Of a stretch of 42,883 nt of DNA, positions 35,692 to 42,883 are shown in pieces. The position numbers and the translations under genes are program-made. The stretch is from a virus. Its lineage: Duplodnaviria; Caudoviricetes. Location: the IMG/VR virus record IMGVR_UViG_3300020044_003030, positions 1 to 42,883 of that record. One strand, written 5' to 3'. The notes beneath the pieces are model-generated. The model was not told the DNA's origin. It was given only the letters and a program-made list of their open reading frames with translations, and did no database searches. Within the stretch, counting starts at the first letter, position 1. Every line of letters begins with the position of its first letter.

Positions 35692-36200
35692 GGTGCGTCC
35701 GGCCATGTGATTGTCCAAGGAAACCCTGCTTGTGCAGTAATATCGCGCAGTGCTTGGCGGTAGGTTGCCCATGCAAAGTCTTGGGGCAGGTTGCTCTCCA
35801 GTGCTTTGATGACTCGCCAGTCGCATTCCTTGAGCTTGTCATCTCGGGTTTGACGAACAGACTTGGCTTGCTCTGCGTCTTTCATGGCCTTGTATGCGGC
35901 CTCTTGCTCGGCAGCAGTCTTAGCTGGCTCGGTGTCTGTTGCTGCTGTGTCGGTGAAGGTAGGCCCAGCGATGTACTTGGTGTACCACTTGCCGTCAAGT
36001 TGCTCAACCCCGCTACGCTGGCTGTACTGATACGGCGGTGTGGTTGTGGCTTGTGGGCCTTCCAGCACGATGTCGCCACCGTATTGGTTGATAAATTCCT
36101 CGGTCAGCGGTGTACCAAAAACGGCACCCTGCGTCTGGGCGTAAGTACGGAACTCGTTGTCAAATACAACTGAGCCTGATTCTCTGATTCGGATTTCCAT
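35688..36200 (-). CDS. Tail fibre assembly chaperone-like protein
   Basis: C-terminal VRQTRDDKLKECDW...WATYRQALRDITAQAGFPWTITWP. Confidence 0.8.
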   Translation of the reverse strand: MEIRIRESGSVVFDNEFRTYAQTQGAVFGTPLTEEFINQYGGDIVLEGPQATTTPPYQYSQRSGVEQLDGKWYTKYIAGPTFTDTAATDTEPAKTAAEQEAAYKAMKDAEQAKSVRQTRDDKLKECDWRVIKALESNLPQDFAWATYRQALRDITAQAGFPWTITWPDAP

Positions 36201-36202
36201 GA

Positions 36203-36964
36203 TTACTTTTTCCTTTCGTGCCAGCGTGTGCCGGATGCTCGTTTAGAAAGATTTAAAGGGCCGTTCACGACTTCCCATTCCGGCTGAAACTTCTTTAATG
36301 ACCCCCAAGAACTACCAAACCTAACCAGAGCTTGGTCGCGTGTCGCCTCGTTTTCAACAGCCCAATCCAAGGCTTTAAATAGATTTTGTCTTGCAATCTC
36401 AATTTGTTTTTGCCTAGCTTGCTCCCAATTAGGCTCATGCCCATTTGCTTTGCGTGTTGCAACAGCTTTTGCCCTTACTTCAGGCGTAGCCGCTTTTGTG
36501 CATCTGTCTGCAATAACCTCCGGGGTTTGCAGCCAAACTTGGTGTTTTTTTGCACTTTCACTTTTTGACAAGCCTTCTTTAATTCTTGCTTTGGCTTGCT
36601 CTGATGTTTTTTTCCCCCGCCTAGCATTACCCCATTTGCGTTTAGTTTCTTCAGAATGTTTCTGACCAAGAAACCCACCAACAGAGTTTTTGTGCGCGTT
36701 ATATAACTTACCTGTGTCAAAAGTAAAATCCAAAACAAAAGACTCTAATTCATCCAATGTTTCAGATTCAGAGGGCCACACAAGAGCAAAATCAAACTCT
36801 TTTTCTGTCCGTGTACTCCACGAATGTTGAAGCCGTGGGTTCATGTGCCGACCCGCTCTTAAGTCTGATAAATGCCTACGGCGGCGAGAAGACCAGTCTA
36901 TGGTGCGTCCGTAATAGACTACACCTGTAGATAAATTTTTAATGTGATAAACCCCGCTGTTCAT
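36203..36964 (-). CDS. Free-standing GIY-YIG homing endonuclease with NUMOD3-like motif
   Basis: SGVYHIKN...YYGRT...R...H.NPRLQ..W...LYN; GQKHSEETKRK. Confidence 0.85.
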   Translation of the reverse strand: MNSGVYHIKNLSTGVVYYGRTIDWSSRRRRHLSDLRAGRHMNPRLQHSWSTRTEKEFDFALVWPSESETLDELESFVLDFTFDTGKLYNAHKNSVGGFLGQKHSEETKRKWGNARRGKKTSEQAKARIKEGLSKSESAKKHQVWLQTPEVIADRCTKAATPEVRAKAVATRKANGHEPNWEQARQKQIEIARQNLFKALDWAVENEATRDQALVRFGSSWGSLKKFQPEWEVVNGPLNLSKRASGTRWHERKK

Positions 36965-36966
36965 GT

Positions 36967-39009
36967 CTAGGCCACCGCAAGGAAAATGTAGGAACCGCCA
37001 TTTGCATTAAAGTTGGCATCGGAGCTAACCAACTGGAAACCCGTTGTTACGGTGTAAACGTTATTGGCATTTACTTCGGCAGCAGTGCTATTTAGGCTTA
37101 AATATGGGTCAGTGCCAGAAACCATACCACGGGCAGTATCTACTACGCGCCAATCACCAGTAGAGTCAGTGCGTTTGATGAGTACAAACCTTGCTCCAGC
37201 CGTAAATCCACAGTTAATGGTCTGGGTTGTGCCGTTGCCTGTGTATGAGCCTACTTTGGAAACGCCTGCACAAGTGGCGAAGAGGTATGCTACGTAAGTA
37301 CGGGTATTAAAATTAACACCGTTATCCAGAGAAATTGTTGATGCTGTGGGGTTGTACACGTAGTTACCTCCCCCGTCTGTCAAGGCTGCTGTCGTATTTA
37401 ACACGCAATAGTACCCGCCGGGGCTAACACCAGTATATGCAGCAAACATTGCAGCGTTTTGTACGTACCATAGTGAACCAACATTTCGGTCTTTAACTAT
37501 TGCCAACTCTGGTGCTACACCAAGGTTGTGAGACAAACTCCTTGCAGCCCCCGTCCCTGTATAGCAAACCTCATCAAAGAAGCCGGGGGCGCGGCGGAAG
37601 TTCCAAGATTGAATTGTTGACGCAACACCAGTTGAATTTAACCAACCATCTTGATAATCAAACTTAAAGTCTGCTCTGGCGACTTCAGCACTAGTAAGGT
37701 TTGGATATAGTTCTTGAGCACCTCGTAAGCGGTCACCTAATGACCAATCATATACACCCGCTGTATATTTAAAAAATCCAAGGTCAACTGGGAAGCCAGC
37801 ATTAAATCCCGGAGGATTGGGAAGCGTCCCACCTGATGAATCTAAAGCAAACACACTCGTCCCCAGCGTAGGCACTTTCATCGGGCCACGGCGTATGGCT
37901 ATGTAGATGACATTGGCACTAGAGCCAAACAAATCACCGGGCGCAATAAAACCTGTGGCGGCTGGCTTAAATAAATAAGAGTTTGTTGATGCTTCTGCAT
38001 TAGCTGAATTTGTTAGCAAATAATTATTTACAGTTTGGGCAAACCCGCGCATTACATCGTATATATACCAACTACCGGAAACCGATGATGGCTTAATTAA
38101 AAGCCACTGCGCTTCGTATCCTAGATTTATTGTTTGTTCAGTTCCAACCCCGCCTTCTACATAAGACCCACACGAAATCACATTGTCCGTACCCGTCAGG
38201 CCAAAGCCGCCTGCGTCATGGGCAAAGAGATAGGCTACGTAAGTAACGCCGTTGGTGTTCAAAGAATTAGACACCGTAAAGACGGTGGATGTTGGCACTA
38301 CTACGGTTGCGCCATTACCCCATAAATCTTGACCACCATCGGAAGCCGCTGCTGTACTTTGCAACGCAAGCGTATTATTGTTAATTGGGCTTACGCCGCT
38401 GTGGTAAACCGCCCACGGACCTGTAGTACTTGTGCGTTTAGCAATAACGCATCCGGGTACTGAGCCAAGATTATGTGAAATGTTTCTAGGATTTGTCCCA
38501 TCCCCCGTATACGTCACAACATCAAAGAACTTTGGCTGCTCTCGGAATGTCCATGAGACGTAGGTTTCGTTTGCTCCGTTATCATTTACATTACTATTGC
38601 TACCAATAGAAAATCCATTTGAGTTAAATGAAGTTATAGAAGTTGATAATGTGGACTCGGCGGAGGTTGTGTTAGAAGAAATCCGCTTGGTATTTCCTCT
38701 AACCGTATCTGATAGCCAGTTGTTGTATGCGGTGGGCGCTCTACATTTAATCCAAACCAACCCACCCTTACCAGACAAATCAATGTTGTTGGTGATGGTC
38801 TGTGTAGAGCCGTTACCCGTATAAAGGTACGTGCTGAACACATCCTCAATGTAGTTAGGCGATAGTCCCGCCGTAGGCCAGACACCTTGCTGTTGGTACT
38901 GCAACTGCTGGTCAAGCGTCCAGATACCCGGCGCAGCGCCAGTTTGGTACGGCCCAGTAGGAGTCGCTGGGGACTTTGTGATGACCCCGCCCGGATAGCG
39001 TTTACTCAT
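36967..39009 (-). CDS. Tail fibre / receptor-binding protein
   Basis: 680 aa; repeated YTG(N/D/T)G, SHNLG and YVAYLFA units; chaperone gene downstream. Confidence 0.75.
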   Translation of the reverse strand: MSKRYPGGVITKSPATPTGPYQTGAAPGIWTLDQQLQYQQQGVWPTAGLSPNYIEDVFSTYLYTGNGSTQTITNNIDLSGKGGLVWIKCRAPTAYNNWLSDTVRGNTKRISSNTTSAESTLSTSITSFNSNGFSIGSNSNVNDNGANETYVSWTFREQPKFFDVVTYTGDGTNPRNISHNLGSVPGCVIAKRTSTTGPWAVYHSGVSPINNNTLALQSTAAASDGGQDLWGNGATVVVPTSTVFTVSNSLNTNGVTYVAYLFAHDAGGFGLTGTDNVISCGSYVEGGVGTEQTINLGYEAQWLLIKPSSVSGSWYIYDVMRGFAQTVNNYLLTNSANAEASTNSYLFKPAATGFIAPGDLFGSSANVIYIAIRRGPMKVPTLGTSVFALDSSGGTLPNPPGFNAGFPVDLGFFKYTAGVYDWSLGDRLRGAQELYPNLTSAEVARADFKFDYQDGWLNSTGVASTIQSWNFRRAPGFFDEVCYTGTGAARSLSHNLGVAPELAIVKDRNVGSLWYVQNAAMFAAYTGVSPGGYYCVLNTTAALTDGGGNYVYNPTASTISLDNGVNFNTRTYVAYLFATCAGVSKVGSYTGNGTTQTINCGFTAGARFVLIKRTDSTGDWRVVDTARGMVSGTDPYLSLNSTAAEVNANNVYTVTTGFQLVSSDANFNANGGSYIFLAVA

Positions 39010-39260
39010 GCTGGTTCCAATTGTTTGATTTTTGCAGCGATCACTGCTGTAGATGTGTCTCGGTCAATGCTCAAGTAGCCTTTGCACACGATGTTGTAGT
39101 CTACCCCGTTGGTATCCTTCTCGCTTTTGATGGGAACCGAAATGTCAAGGTTCTTGAACAAAAACTCTTTGCCGTTCTCAAAGACCCGCCAAACGTGATC
39201 CATCGTGCCGCGACCAGCTTGGCCGCGAGACTTGTTGAACCGGATTTGGTACGTGTTCAT
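39006..39260 (-). CDS. Hypothetical protein (84 aa)
   Basis: ATGA-coupled; IRFNKSRG..HVWRVFE. Confidence 0.75.
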   Translation of the reverse strand: MNTYQIRFNKSRGQAGRGTMDHVWRVFENGKEFLFKNLDISVPIKSEKDTNGVDYNIVCKGYLSIDRDTSTAVIAAKIKQLEPA

Positions 39261-39943
39261 ATCACTTCAGCGGGGCAGGACTGCGGCTGGGGGATTACCG
39301 TCAAGTTGAAATGAACAAACTTGATTGGCAGGTCAGCGGCATGGCGTGTAAACGAGTGCATCAGCCATGAGTTGGCAAAGATCATCATACCGGGTTTGGG
39401 CGTGAAATTGATCATCTTGCTGGCGGCTGTTGCCATACCCATGTCTTGCTCTGGAAGATCAATCTGCACCTTGGCGGCACGGGGGTCATGGAACACAACG
39501 CGAGAGCAGTTTTCTGGTGTTTCAAGGAAGTAGAAGCCCACAATCTGTGAGCCAAACCCGTGAACGTGAGCGTCCATTGCTGAGTGCTTGTGGTGCTCTT
39601 GCGTCCACATTTCTGTAAACTGCACGGCCTTGTCCTGCATGGCGTAGCCTTGCTCATTAAGGATGTTCCAAGCCGTAGCCCCGACAAACTCAGAGAACTT
39701 AGCCATGCGCGGGTCACCAAAGTAGTTACCCGTCATGTACAGGGGGTAGATTTCATTGAGCGATTGAGTCTTACGAGATTCCGCCAAGGCTTCTTCAGAG
39801 ATAGACGCAACAACTTCTAAAAAGTCAGGGCGGTCAATCAAATAAATTGGACAGGGGAAGTGGTGAGCAACCTGTAGTTGTGTTTGCAGAACGACTTCAG
39901 CCACTGACTCGGCAGCTTTGCATTTTTTGACTACCTTGCTCAT
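39257..39943 (-). CDS. Putative 2OG-Fe(II) oxygenase (TIGR02466-like)
   Basis: MW...HVH...GFYFL...FHDPR...PKPG.MIF.NSWLMH...FN; start at the ATGA overlap 39943. Confidence 0.8.
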   Translation of the reverse strand: MSKVVKKCKAAESVAEVVLQTQLQVAHHFPCPIYLIDRPDFLEVVASISEEALAESRKTQSLNEIYPLYMTGNYFGDPRMAKFSEFVGATAWNILNEQGYAMQDKAVQFTEMWTQEHHKHSAMDAHVHGFGSQIVGFYFLETPENCSRVVFHDPRAAKVQIDLPEQDMGMATAASKMINFTPKPGMMIFANSWLMHSFTRHAADLPIKFVHFNLTVIPQPQSCPAEVI

Positions 39944-40413
39944 AGTGCAACCCAATCCCATGCAAAGAAATCAAACTTGTAATTGCCTTCTGGACGCACC
40001 GGGGTTTCTTTCCAATTCGCATCTGCCCCACACCAGAAAACAAGTTTGCCCTCTACAAATGCGGGCCGGGGGATAGGCGGCTGCATTGTGCAAGTTGCCT
40101 CGTCTAAAGCCCATGCCGACCAGTTAGATGCTTGTGGGCGGTCATTAAACGCAGTGACTACAGCCTGTTGTTTGGCAGTCTTTTCTTCCATAGTCAGGTC
40201 ACGCACTGTCCATACATCAGTCCACACACCGTCTACTTTGGCGTAGATAGCCTCGCCGCTTTCCAGCATTTGATACACGCCGGGTACAGGCCGTTCAACG
40301 CGAGTAAATGGTTCCCAGTGTGTTGGGACTGCGCCAAACGCTTGAATGAGGTTGTCCTCAAGTGCAGGGTGATTTTTAGTCACGCCATTTTCTGTTTCAA
40401 TATACAGCTTCAT
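39940..40413 (-). CDS. Tail-fibre-associated protein
   Basis: 157 aa Trp/Pro-rich (SAWALDEATC.MQPPIPRP); follows the Gly-rich fibre gene. Confidence 0.6.
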   Translation of the reverse strand: MKLYIETENGVTKNHPALEDNLIQAFGAVPTHWEPFTRVERPVPGVYQMLESGEAIYAKVDGVWTDVWTVRDLTMEEKTAKQQAVVTAFNDRPQASNWSAWALDEATCTMQPPIPRPAFVEGKLVFWCGADANWKETPVRPEGNYKFDFFAWDWVAL

Positions 40414-41748
40414 TTATGGACTTCCTGTACACGTTGATGGGAATGAGCGCGTTGTGCCGGGCCAGATGATACGGACTGCACCGGAACCACCACCACCCCC
40501 ACCGCCGTTAGCGTGAGACCCTCCAACACCACCAGCACCGACAACTACCGTATAAGAATTCCCCGGAACAACGGTGTAGTTGTTTTTATAGCCAAGGCCA
40601 CCACCAGACCCGTCTGCACTAAAGCCAGAACCGCCAGAACCACCGCCACCCCCGAAAGCACCACCAGCACCACCACCACCGCTATAGCATCCGCTCGGAG
40701 CGCCGCCATTTCCACCACGACCGCCCCCAGTTGTTCCACCAGAGCCGCCTGTTCCGCTACCGTTATATGTGCCACTTGCACCCGCAGTGCCGCTTCCAGA
40801 TGTTGTACCACCACCGCCGCCACCGCCGTTGCCCAAAAATAATGCCCTAGCACCGCCAGCGCCGCCACCGGAGCCACCACCACCACCGCCACCGCCAGCG
40901 CCAATCGCCCCCGCAGCACCATTAGCGCCTTGCCCAAAAATATCAACTCCACCACCGCCAGCACCTGTGTACGGCAAGTATCCACAGCAATACCCGTTGC
41001 CATACGCGCCACCACCACCGCCACCGCCGCTACCAGCAAATCCGGGGCGACCAATATTTCCATTACCGCCAGCACCCGAATAACCGCCAGCACCGCCGCC
41101 AGCACCAGAACCAGTATTACCCCCCACACCACCGCCATCCCCTGTGAATGACCCCCCAGTACAAGCAACAATATTTCCACCGCCGCCTTTTACAACACAA
41201 GTAGAAACAAAATACGAATTACCGCCGGGTTGACCTCCGGTGTATACAATACCACCACCGCCGCCGCCAACAGCAACTACCGATACGGAAGTAACTCCAG
41301 TAGGTGCAACCCACGAATATGTGCCAGCAGTTGTATAAGATTGTGAACCTGAAGCGGCAGATGTTGTTATAGAGTTACTTGCCGCACTTGCAGGGCCAGT
41401 ACCTCCGGGCGTTGCCCCGGTTACGACAAATGTATAGGACGTACTTGCGGCAAGACCGCTAACCGTAATAGGTGATGCGCCTGTTCCTGTAAAGCTGCTA
41501 GGAGTTGATGTTGCTGTGTATGTAACCGAGCCTGTACCTGCGTCAGTTGGCGCTGTATATGTCACCGTAGCGGTTGAAGATGTAACCGCAGTAGCAGTCC
41601 CAATCGTAGGAGCGCCGGGGATTCTGGGCCAAACACTTGCACCAACCGACTGCATCTGCTGGGTAGCCGTCCAGATACCTTTAGCCGTGCTGGTTGACGT
41701 TGTTGGTGCAGTGGCAGAGATGACCCCGCCTTTGTAGCGCGTACTCAT
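40414..41748 (-). CDS. Glycine-rich tail fibre with FN3-like domain
   Basis: PGAPTIGTAT..ITVSGL...YTF FN3 pattern; SVVAVGGGGG...GAVRIIWP Gly-rich domain. Confidence 0.8.
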   Translation of the reverse strand: MSTRYKGGVISATAPTTSTSTAKGIWTATQQMQSVGASVWPRIPGAPTIGTATAVTSSTATVTYTAPTDAGTGSVTYTATSTPSSFTGTGASPITVSGLAASTSYTFVVTGATPGGTGPASAASNSITTSAASGSQSYTTAGTYSWVAPTGVTSVSVVAVGGGGGGIVYTGGQPGGNSYFVSTCVVKGGGGNIVACTGGSFTGDGGGVGGNTGSGAGGGAGGYSGAGGNGNIGRPGFAGSGGGGGGGAYGNGYCCGYLPYTGAGGGGVDIFGQGANGAAGAIGAGGGGGGGGSGGGAGGARALFLGNGGGGGGGTTSGSGTAGASGTYNGSGTGGSGGTTGGGRGGNGGAPSGCYSGGGGAGGAFGGGGGSGGSGFSADGSGGGLGYKNNYTVVPGNSYTVVVGAGGVGGSHANGGGGGGGSGAVRIIWPGTTRSFPSTCTGSP

Positions 41749-41758
41749 GGTGCTACCT

Positions 41759-42151
41759 CTAAGTAATTACTTCATAGCTGATTGTGTAGGTCAACGCGCT
41801 TGCTGTTCCCGAAGTAATGGAGATGGAATTGCCCTCCATCAGATAAACAGCGGTTGTTTTGTCAACGGCAATCAGCGAGGCATTGGCAGGCACAGACACT
41901 GCTGACACGATAGGGTAAGCCGTGCCGCCAGAGGGTGCAGAGCCTTGGGCTACAGCGCCGTTTGAGTACACCGCCACCGTAGCATTTGCCGCAGACGCTG
42001 TGGTGTTAGCCACCACAATCTGATTGATCTTAAACACCGTACCGCTGGATGCGGCGTTAGGCACAAGAACAACTGCGGATGTGCCGCTAGGTACGTAGTA
42101 GGTTGTCGTCCCAATGATTGAGGTGACATTTACAATATTTGGAGAACTCAT
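41759..42151 (-). CDS. Small beta-rich virion (tail) protein
   Basis: PNIVNVTSI...INQIVVAN...VPANASL...YEVI. Confidence 0.65.
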   Translation of the reverse strand: MSSPNIVNVTSIIGTTTYYVPSGTSAVVLVPNAASSGTVFKINQIVVANTTASAANATVAVYSNGAVAQGSAPSGGTAYPIVSAVSVPANASLIAVDKTTAVYLMEGNSISITSGTASALTYTISYEVIT

Positions 42152-42161
42152 GGTATTTTCC

Positions 42162-42866
42162 TTAGAGGCCGAAGATCATTGAGAAAGCGATTGCTTGGCC
42201 TTTAGTAGCGCCAGTTGCAGCAGGTGCTTGGAACGTGGGGGCCGCGCCTGAGTTAGCAGTTAAGACATACCCTGCTGTGCCTGCGGCAGTTGAAGTAGGA
42301 GCGGCCCCTGCACCACCACCAATGACAACACCGTACTGAGTCAGCGCACCTGACGATGCTAATGTGCCAGATGCTGTGTAGGCTAGAACACCACCAGATG
42401 TTCCTGCGGTTAAGCCTGTGCCCCCAGATGCCACCGGCAGAGCCGCGCCGAGGGTCAAAGCGGAGAAGTAGTTTTCGGCAACATAAATTTCACTGCCATC
42501 ACTGAACAATGCAATTCTGGCTGCGTTGGGTATAACAACTGTATTTGTTGCTCCTGCCACCTTAACTGTGATTGTGCCCGATGTTGTGGCATTCCAAAAG
42601 AAAAACATCTTGGCTTTAGCTGCGGGAACAGTTACTGTACCCCCGCCCGTATTAATTACCTTGATGTAAATACTGCGAGCTACCCCCGTTGTACCGTCAG
42701 GGATGGTTAGTGTATCTGTGCCTCCGGTGGCTGAATATGACTGATAGCCCAAGGCTTCGTCGAGCATGTTGGTGATGTTGCTGTTTACAACTGTGCCCCA
42801 AGTACCCGATAACTCTCCCGTAACAGGTAGGGCCAGAGCCAGATTTGTACTGTATGACGTTGCCAT
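42162..42866 (-). CDS. Tail fibre proximal/anchor-type protein
   Basis: L.LP.TGELSGTWG N-terminus; LPVASGGTG and GYVLTAN fibre repeats; AGGAG RBS. Confidence 0.7.
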   Translation of the reverse strand: MATSYSTNLALALPVTGELSGTWGTVVNSNITNMLDEALGYQSYSATGGTDTLTIPDGTTGVARSIYIKVINTGGGTVTVPAAKAKMFFFWNATTSGTITVKVAGATNTVVIPNAARIALFSDGSEIYVAENYFSALTLGAALPVASGGTGLTAGTSGGVLAYTASGTLASSGALTQYGVVIGGGAGAAPTSTAAGTAGYVLTANSGAAPTFQAPAATGATKGQAIAFSMIFGL

Positions 42867-42883
42867 TAAATTCTCCTAAGTCG

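Larger units (their letters stand above)
1..42883. mobile_element. Partial tailed dsDNA phage genome (podovirus-like)
   Basis: Continuous phage-type gene content (PolA, SNF2 helicase, primase-helicase, lysozyme, holin, tail fibres, ejection proteins) in two convergent arms, with no host housekeeping genes. Confidence 0.95.

Noticed and set aside
33311-36966. Group I introns housing the two GIY-YIG genes
   Set aside because: Flanking genes are complete and the intergenic gaps (38 nt or less) leave no room for an intron core
40513-41180. Poly-Pro, poly-Thr and Val/Ala-rich alternative ORFs
   Set aside because: Shadow frames of the glycine-rich fibre gene
36967-42866. Diversity-generating retroelement or invertible fibre cassette
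   Set aside because: No reverse transcriptase, TR/VR pair, recombinase or flanking inverted repeats were seen in the window

Overview
The whole 42.9-kb window is part of a tailed dsDNA phage genome (Caudoviricetes). It is podovirus-like, judged from large ejection-type proteins and the lack of a recognisable tape measure or tail tube gene. Two arms converge at about 17.5 kb. The + arm (1-17.5 kb) carries a chain of small, ATGA-coupled early genes (DUF932, a stand-alone sigma70 region-4 protein, DUF3310). It continues with a replication module: VRR-NUC nuclease, family A DNA polymerase (Leu762 type), Cas4-like nuclease, HNH, SNF2 helicase, putative SSB and primase-DUF927 helicase. The - arm (42.9 to 17.5 kb) encodes tail fibres, a 2OG-Fe(II) oxygenase, a fibre chaperone, a lysis cassette, a tail hub protein and four probable internal virion/ejection proteins. 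Two free-standing GIY-YIG endonucleases are inserted in this arm. No terminase, portal, capsid, integrase, tRNA or CRISPR array is visible; the head genes probably lie outside the window. The most unusual signals are: a candidate pseudoknotted non-coding RNA at 6577-6719; a sigma4-only protein with altered -35 recognition residues; a shared A-x-G-G / G[IL]xxL motif and DUF4214-like repeats in the ejection proteins; and identical 41-bp hairpin+RBS repeats flanking an early gene. All family names come from motif recognition by eye; no searches were run.
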